Shown here piece after piece: positions 52,901-64,000 of a DNA stretch of 64,000 nucleotides. Source of the stretch: the human T2T-CHM13v2.0 reference genome, Homo sapiens; NCBI RefSeq assembly GCF_009914755.1, contig NC_060938.1; one strand, given 5' to 3'. Numbering within the stretch: position 1 is the first letter of the stretch; each line of letters begins with the position of its first letter. The translations under genes were made by a program, and so were the position numbers. A model generated the notes under the pieces. The model was given only the letters and a program-made list of their open reading frames with translations, made no database searches and was not told the origin of the DNA.

Positions 52901-53885
52901 CCATGGGCTGGGAGGAGGTGGAGGAGGAGGAAGAGGAGAAGGAAAAGTGACGAAGAGAGAGGAGGAGGGGGGCCCCAGATGGCCCTTCCTTTGGTGCATG
53001 AAAAACTGTACAATGAGGTTCAGCACAGCCAGCATCAGCCGAGCTTTTTTGTGAAACTCAGATCAGCCACCCAGGAGGAAGAGCGGGCTGAGGAAACCCA
53101 GAGGGACCAAGCGCTGAGACCAAAGTTGACCCTCGGGTAGGGTTGTCCTGCCTGGGGCCCCACTTGAAGGAGGCAGGACAGAGGCACCGAGGCCAGGGAG
53201 ACGCCCAACGAGGCAGCCCTGGGCTCTTCTCTGGCCTCTTCACCAGGGCACCCATCCAAGGAACCTCCGAACAGCCAGGAAAAGCCATGAGTTGCAACCA
53301 AAACGCGGCTGAGGATGGAACTCAGAATGAAACTGCAACCCACCTGCCCCCAGCCCTGCCCCTCGCCCTGATGCGAAGCTGGAGAGGGGCGTGCTGCGGG
53401 GCCCTGATGCCCCCACCCACCTCGGTCCAGCGCGGCCCTGCCCAGGAGGCGGCAGCCGGGCGCACCCTCGCCAGCCCTGCTGGAGTTTGCTGTGGGCACT
53501 GAGGCGCGGGCGCCCTTCCAAAGCACATACTCACCGAATGTTTACAGACTGGCTGTCCTGGCAGGGCTTTCAACTGCACATGTTTTTTATACTTTCCTTT
53601 TTTTTTTTTTTTTTAATATTTTTTACAAAAAAAAAGATTTTATACAAGCAATATATATATGGATTTCTATAATCACTCGATGTGATACAGTATAAATATG
53701 CTATGGTTTGTTTGTTATGAACAGATAGCCACCAGTTACGGCCGTTGTGTGTAACTCCTAAGTACTGTAGTCTCTGGGTGTCGGGGGTGGCCAGGGCGGG
53801 GGCGGGGTGCATTTCCATCCTTGTAAACCCTTCATAGTACTCAGTCCTGTATCGCTCAGTAAACATTGCTCTTACTTACATAGCC
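52901..53885 (+). other. JDP2: JDP2 3' UTR (to the proximal poly(A) site; longer forms possible)
   Basis: Repeat-free sequence after the stop, U-rich block 53583-53640, UGUA motifs. Confidence 0.65.
53858..53863 (+). terminator. Variant poly(A) signal AGTAAA
   Basis: Several upstream TGTA motifs and a downstream GT-rich tract (~53890-53900). Confidence 0.6.
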
Positions 53886-56516
53886 GCCTTGCGTGGTGTC
53901 TGCCTGGGGAATGGGTGCAAGGCCCTCTCAGGGTCGGAGACTGTTTGGAGCCTCTGCTATAGGCCTGTTCATTTTCACAACAGCTCTCCTATTTCACAGA
54001 TGAGGAAGCTAAGGCTCAGAGACATTAAGCCACCTGCAGTTACTATTTTGAGAGCAGTCAGAGTGTTCGCTCACTCTGCAGATGTTTTCTGAGGGCCTGT
54101 TGTGTGTGCCAGGCCCTGAGAATTCACTGGAGGATGAAACAGACCTAAGTCTTGCCCTTGTGGGGCCTCCAGTAAGGAGTGAATCCTGTGCTTGCTCCAT
54201 AAGTTGTCTCATTTCGTCTTCATGGCAGCCTTGCCAGGGAACAGCACTTGTCCCCAATTCACAGATGGCGAATTAGAGGTCCAGGGAATTAAACTCGCAG
54301 ACACCATTTGTTGAAGACTTATTTTGTGACAAGCAGACATAGTCTCTTCCCTTCTCACAAGAGCACAAACTAGGCACGATTCTTCTCATTTTACAGATGG
54401 TTTAACTGAGGCTCAGAGAAGGTAAGCGACTTATCCAAGGTAACCCAGCTAGCAAGGGATAGAGCTGGTGTTTGAACTCTCCCTCCAGAGGCCTGTGACT
54501 CTCCTCCTGTCACCAACCCACTATGATTGTCCTCATGGTTGAATAGGAAGCTTATGAGGCCACAGTTATAGATTTAGTTTCTGGGAAGGCTGGATAGAGT
54601 TCCAGGTTGTCCCATGATCACAGAGTGAACCAACTACCCTGGTCAATGTGTGTCTGACCCAGGGAAGGGTGTGGATGGCTTCTCTGCCCCCTCACCTCGA
54701 CAGCTGAATCCCTGCCACCCAGGGCCGGAGCAGCTCAGTGGCATTCACTCAGTGCCTGCTGTGTACCTGGCACTCGGCAGTTCTCAAGGCATGTCACGCA
54801 TGAGGAAGGCGGGAGAGGTGTTTTTAGCTTCCTTGTATACTGAAGCTTGCAAAGGCTACAGTTTACCCAACTAAACTTGACTCCTGCATTCTAATCATGT
54901 GTTCTTTCTCCTCCATCCCTGGACTTAGGATAACTAGTTGCTGGTGATGACTTCGTGTCAAGAACAGCAGTGAACCTGGGTTGCTTCCCAAATTGTGGAC
55001 GAGGCCTTCTGGGATGGGCAGAAGTGGAGAATGGTGATTAACACACCTGTGATCCCTCCCTCGCTCACTCCTCTCAGTTTCCCTCCACCCAACACACTTG
55101 GTGTGGACTCCCCTGCACCCCGCCCTAGAAACAGGACCTGGTCCTCTCACTGTCAGCTGTGGCAGAAGGTTGTGGCAGCGGGTTGCCTTCTGTCTCGGGG
55201 GTCTTGAGGCTGTCGGTCCGGACGATGCAGGTGAGGCAGTGTCAGTTCTGCATCAGGAACCCCTCGCGCTGTAATCCTTTGATATTTTTCAAGCCATGAG
55301 AAAAATGAAGTGGACTTACCAGGGTCCCTCCAGTGACCTAGTGGATGTTCTTACAGGACTGCCGTGTGCCACTGGCTGTGGCTTCCCTGGTCCTGTGCTT
55401 GGCCACCGGGAGCTGGCATCTCCAAAATAGAGCCTCCTTAGCCTGTGCAGGTGGGCTGTCTTCCAAAGTCACCACACCAGTGACTTGTGCTGTGCGGAGC
55501 CTTCCTCACCAGGACCACTGGCTGCTCCTGTGGCTAGAAGTCACAATTATAGGCTTCATTGCAAGAGCCAGCATTTGAGTTTCTTCTGGGCACCTGCCAC
55601 TGTGCATGTGTGACCTCAACTGCTTTGTGCACCCTGACTGGGGGGTAGGTGCTAGCGTTCCAACATTACAGATGAGAAAACCGAGGCACACAGAAGAGGT
55701 AACCTGCCCAAGGTCACAGGTGTTAGGTGGCAGAGCCAAGATGTTATTGTCAGTCTGACTTCAGGTGCATAAAACCTGAGGCTGAGCCTCCCCATGAGAG
55801 GAAAAATGTGTTTGTGGTGTGACCTCAGTTGCCAGGGAACTTGTGCAGGAAGCCGGGAGAGATGGCACAGACCCACCTGTGCTCACAGTACATGTTAAGA
55901 ATTCCCAAGTCTCAGGCAAACCATCTCCAAGGGTGTTCACAGAAGACACACCTTAAAGGCAAACGGGTTCATGATGTAATCTTCTATTGACTAGCTGTGA
56001 ACCTCATTTTTCTTATCTGTGAAGTGGGAACAGTAATAATCCAAGTCTTTTTATGGAGTTATCAAGATCAAAAAAGGAATGGATATACAAAGTGTTTTGT
56101 GAAATAAAAGCTCCCTAAAATGGTAATTATTTTGTCCTCTGTTAGTGTCGGTAGTTATTGATATCTACATAGTACAGGTTATTTAAATATGTTTTATTCT
56201 GTAAAGATGGGCTGCCAAGTTTGTGTTCTGACCCTGTACGTGGTCCCTATGGTGTGATGAATGCCTGGGATCGCAGACTCCTGGATCTGTTCAGCTCCTG
56301 ACTGGTCACAACCAGCCATGCTGGATGCATCATTCCCTCCCTGGGCCTCAGTGTGCCCTCCTGCCAGGTGGTCACACATAAGACCTGTGCCACCTCTGCC
56401 CAGGGTTCCTATGAGAATCAATCGAGTTGATGAATGCAACCATGGCCTGAGAAAGACAAGACGCTTTAGCTATCAGATGGGCAGAAACAAGTATGTGTTG
56501 GTAAGAATATGGATTA

Positions 56517-57515
<999 letters not shown>

Positions 57516-57971
57516 GAGAACAAGCCACAATACAAATAGGAGGTTTTGTTTTTATTATTGCCTTAGCAAACTCAGGAAATAAAAACAAATCTGAAATTAC
57601 AATGGGATTGCAGCATATGCTCTTTGAATTTATGCAAATTTAATTATATGCCTGAAGGGAGAGAGAGAGACAATTCAAAGGGTGGAAAGAGGTTAGCTGG
57701 TTGAGCCCTGCGGGAGGGTGCCCCGGGGTGAGGACACCTTGAGGAATGTTGTTCTGCTCTACACTCAGTGGATCCTGGTCCCTGCTCTCTACGGGAGGGG
57801 CAATTAAGGCGTGTTCAAGGTTCATCTGGACTCTAGACTTCTTCCTTACATGCTGACTTTTCAATCCAAGCCCTGCTCGAAAGCCAACTGTACTGCGCCT
57901 ACAAGTGGAGCTCTGGACTGGAAGGCAAGCAGAGGGGAAGCCTTTGAAGATGGGAACCCAGTTTTGACAGG

Positions 57972-58788
<817 letters not shown>

Positions 58789-58817
58789 GGATATTCAGAA
58801 TTGGAGGTTCTTAACTA

Positions 58818-58851
58818 TTAGGTTGGTGCAATTGCATTTGCACCAACCTAA
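58818..58851. mobile_element. Internally collapsed MADE1/Hsmar1 remnant (34 bp)
   Basis: TA-TTAGGTTGGTGCAA-TTGCAT-TTGCACCAACCTAA-TA. Confidence 0.85.
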
Positions 58852-59312
58852 TATGACCCTTCTCACTACTAGGCAAGACAGGCTATTTCCCATGTAAGTG
58901 CCATGAGGATGGAGTCCCTGTGTGGTGCATCCCTAGTGCCCGTCACGGTGCCTGGCACATAGCAGAAGGTCAACACACACTATACACAGACATATAATCT
59001 ACAGACTCACAAACTCACAGATGTGTGACATGATACAGACACAAGCATAGTTACATGCACAACAAACAGATACACATGTAGATACACAAATACATGTATT
59101 CACAGATACAAGCAGACACACATTAAATGCAAAGTAATGAGATTGATGCAGGTCCTATTCCTTTATATTATAGTTCTGAAATTCTGAAATCAGCTTGTTC
59201 GTCATACTAGCATATCTTTGTTCTTTGGAAATAGCTAACTTATTGTTAATAAGGAGGTTAGGTAAAGTGCACATACTGTTTTGGCTTTAAAAACTAAATA
59301 TTGTGAGACTGA

Positions 59313-59645
<333 letters not shown>

Positions 59646-60474
59646 TAAACTGACTCTTTGAGTGATTCCTAAAGAAGCAACTACTAATGCTTTGGAACAT
59701 TTGTGAAGTAATTACATGTTCGTGTCAGCCTCTACCTCTCTGAAGCAGGGTACACCCCTGGGTGGTCAGTACTGGACACCTGTTCTGATCCACTTAAAAT
59801 CCTCTGACTCTGTTCTATGACCAGTTCTGAACAGGTGAGCAACTTTACACAGGTGTAACCTGACAAAGCCTCCCTACAGGTGCACACCCTGTACCTCCCA
59901 CTTCCTGTCCTCGGGGGCCTCTGTGGCCGCCTCCTTGGCACTTGCCCATATGGAAAGCTGGACATTTGGGGAGTTAATGCCTGTAGGGTCTCCCTTGACT
60001 AATTGAGAGGTGGGAGGCAGAGACAGTGAATAAATGTTTTTCCCTTTTATTCTCCAGGTGGAGGATTTGTAACTCTTCTACTGCCCCACATTGTGTAATC
60101 CACAGGAGCTTTGATCTCCTTGACATTCCACAGAATCCTGCTCCCATTGCGTGCTGCATTGTGCTAATCAGACCTACAGGGCAGCAGCTGCAAGCGCTCC
60201 AGAGGCCCTAGTGGCGCACGAGCACGTGATGTGGGCAAGGAGGCCTCATGAGGATTCTGGGCCTGCCACGCTGAGGATGTTTACAGTGGTGCAGTGTCTG
60301 AGGCATTCTGAAGCATCTCATTCCAAATAAAGGGCAGGTTATTGCACTTTACTCCCTATCACTAAGAAAGAGGCACGGGCCCAGCGGACCTCTCTGGATT
60401 TTGGAGGCAGCATATATACCACACTAAGGAGTGGTCCTCTAACCCATTTGTCAGTGCCTTGGAAAGCTGCCAGT

Positions 60475-60767
60475 GTTTTGTTTTGTTTTGTTTTCAGACA
60501 GGGTCTCACTCTGTTGCCCAGGCTGGAGTGCCATGGTGTAGACCCGGCTCACAGCAGCCTCGACCTCCTGGGCTCAAGTAATCCTCCTGCCTCAGCCTTC
60601 TGAGCAGCTGCAACCACAGGACACCACCACACCTGGCTGATATTTTTTGTAGAAACAGGGTCTTGCCATGTTGCCCAGGCTGGTCTTAAACTCCCGGGCT
60701 CCAGTGATCCTCCCTCCTCAGCTTCCCAAAGTGTTGGGGTTACAGGCATGAGCCACCATGCCTGGCC
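60475..60767 (-). mobile_element. AluJ-like
   Basis: Full Alu with (TTTTG)n tail. Confidence 0.9.
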
Positions 60768-61861
60768 AACCTGCCAGTTTTGAGTGGGGCCTAGAGCAAG
60801 GAAGGGCTCTGTAGCAGATCTAGGCTTCAGTACAAACTGCTCTGCCACTCACACCTTGTAAGACCCAGTAGAGCTAGAGGCATCCATGGTCCATAAGGTT
60901 GGCTATTTCAAATGCACAACTCACGAAAAATTAAAATAAACTTTATATGTCATTCCCCACTTTGAAATGTACCCAATAAGGATCACCTTTCTTGCCCCAG
61001 ATGAAAGTTCCAGCAACTTTTCTGCTCACTCTGTCTGCTTTTCTGCAGACAGTCCTCCGCCATACTAAGCATAATTTATTAATTAGAAGCTCCAGTCTAA
61101 GACTCAAAGTCCCAGGTTTTATTCAATGTTCAAATCTTCCCCACTCCCTAGCTTGGGCCTGCAGCAGGCTAGTGGCCTGCAGTGGGGCAGGGAGAACCCA
61201 CTGTCTCTTCTCTATTTCTCCCCTTGCCCATCTCCTCCTCCTCCCTTATTCCCTTCCTCCCTCCCAAGCTGTCTGGCCAGTTTCTGACCCCTCCCAAGGA
61301 TGGAGCAGGAGGTGAGAGCAGTGGCGAGGGTGCAGGAATGGCCTCATGACATTGACCTGTTGGGATTCTGAGCTGGCTTTGGGTGCACTGGAGTTGGCAC
61401 ATATAAAGCTGATCCTTTCTTTCATAGGTACCTTTGTGAGTTCTTCTGAGGCTTCTATGTTCAGGAACCTCTTTCCTGTATGTCCCAGGAGACTGCCTCT
61501 CACTTCTAGCATCTTGCTGGTACATCCCGGCATCCTCCACGTGGCGCTACTGGACAGAACCCAGGACAGTCCAGCGCTGGCTTTGGGAAGCCCTTGACAT
61601 CCCATTTTCTGTCCCTTGCCCAGAGACATACAGGATATACAGACTTAGCCCAGAACAACCACTTCTTCACATGGTTCCATGGAGGTCTCCTTCTCACAGG
61701 GCTCAAGAAGAGGAGGCAGCAGCCCCTCCCTCCTGCCTGAAGGAAGTCAGAGACTCAGCAACGCAAGGTTCTCTCGAAGAAATTGCTCTAAAAATGTCCC
61801 CCCGACCTTTGTGCTTGGAGCCCTTCTTATCTCCTCAAACTGCAGAAGGGTCCAATCATTA

Positions 61862-62258
<397 letters not shown>

Positions 62259-62939
62259 AGCCACAACACTTTAATTCTAATATCCTGATACATTGTTTTC
62301 TAGGCTAAAAGGTAGATGATGATTATAAAGGTTTATGGACTCATATTACCTGGCTGTGAAAAAGAAACTGCATAATTGCAGCTAAGAGGATGGCTTCCTT
62401 GGGAACTAAGGGACAGGTACTAGTTTTTATTGAGTACCAACCATATGCTGAGTTCTTGTGAGGCGAGTCTTATATTAATATTTACTGTCGAAGAAACTGA
62501 GGCTTAGATAAGAGACTTGTCCAACATCACACAGCTGGCACCACTGGACTTCACCGAAAGTAACTGAGCTCTTTCCAGGCTGGAAAGCAAATATAGACCC
62601 AACAAAATCCCTGCCTTCAGGGAGGGCACAGTCTCTCGGGGAGGAAGACCGGTCCCTGTGGTCAGTGCTGGACTGGGGCAGGTCTGGGGCGACAAGAGAC
62701 TTCTACCTAAGCTCGGGTAAATTTCCTTCTAAGGTGAAATAAAGCCCCACTCCAGCTGGGTGTACCTCGGGGTTTGGTGACCATCTTATTCTGTTCCCCC
62801 AAGGGTCACTCTCATGCATGTCAACATTTTTGTCTTTTGATGGCAGTCCTGGCCTCCCCCACCCCAATCCCAGTGGTCAGTTCAACAATGCGTGAACCAC
62901 TTTCTTCTTGGCCATTTCATAGTTGCCTCTTTCAGGTGA

Positions 62940-63349
<410 letters not shown>

Positions 63350-64000
63350 TGAAAGAAGAAATCCTGAAAAGCTAGTCACAGGCTTTGCAGATTCAGCTCC
63401 CCGCCAGCCCCCAAATCCTTCCCTTCTAGCCCTATTCACTGCAGTATTTATAGCCCAAATGTGAAACGTATAATTATTCTCCTTCTCTGCCTTTCTTTTC
63501 TTGAAATAAAGACTTAGTCCACCCTTCTATTTGCATAACACCACCTGAGAAGAAATCTCCTTGGGGCCCAGGGACTTGAGCGTCTGAACTCCCTGACTTC
63601 ATACAGAGTTACTGAAAAAGCTCTGTTCCTCTTTGAAGGCACAGAAGAAACCAGAAGAGACTTCCCTCAAATGCATTCCCTTCAAGCAGCTGAAACCTTT
63701 GCATTTCTAAAGCGGCCTCTAGCCCAGGCTCCAGAGACACCCCTTCCCTCATTAGAAAGGAAGGGAACTGTGAGGGGAGTCCAAGGTCACAGTTCCTGGT
63801 GCTCATGAAACAAGCAGGAGTGAAACATTCAGCTTCTTAGGGAAGGGCTTTTTGGGTCGGTGCCTGGTCAAGTGGGCCAGACCCTGCTCTGCTTCAGGTG
63901 GGTGGGAGGGTCGGTGGCCCCTGCAGCTGAACCCCATCCCTGACTGGGCTCCTGCACAAGGAGCAGACGATCCACGTGGGGCCTTAGAGTTTCTACCCCT

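Noticed and set aside
63529-63543. OCT4-SOX2 composite-like ATTTGCATAACA
   Set aside because: The SOX half-site is broken (ACACCA instead of ACAATG)

Overview
This is human (primate) genomic DNA containing the complete JDP2 locus (Jun dimerization protein 2, an AP-1/ATF bZIP repressor and paralogue of ATF3) on the + strand. Three coding exons (21332-21532, 44852-44956, 52715-52900), joined by phase-0 GT-AG introns, splice to the 163-aa protein. The main promoter is a CpG island (~10.9-12.35 kb) with a TATA box and a non-coding first exon. An alternative upstream exon (ATG 15737) adds 11 residues, giving 174 aa. The rest of the window is intronic or flanking DNA dense in Alu, L1, L2, MIR, MaLR LTR and DNA-transposon relics. 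No other protein-coding gene, RNA gene or CRISPR array is supported, and the other ORFs in the track are GC or repeat artefacts. I found no clearly new biological system. The most notable unexplained structures are: (1) a ~120-bp non-Alu inverted duplication just upstream of the basic-region exon, whose substitutions mostly keep G.U pairing in the sense RNA; (2) an ATF3-like CRE-TATA-CARE promoter plus a pair of intronic CARE sites; (3) an intact piggyBac MER85 upstream; (4) possible zipper-less, basic-less, readthrough and circular JDP2 products; (5) a collapsed 34-bp MADE1 palindrome. Repeat families were assigned by eye and their boundaries are approximate.
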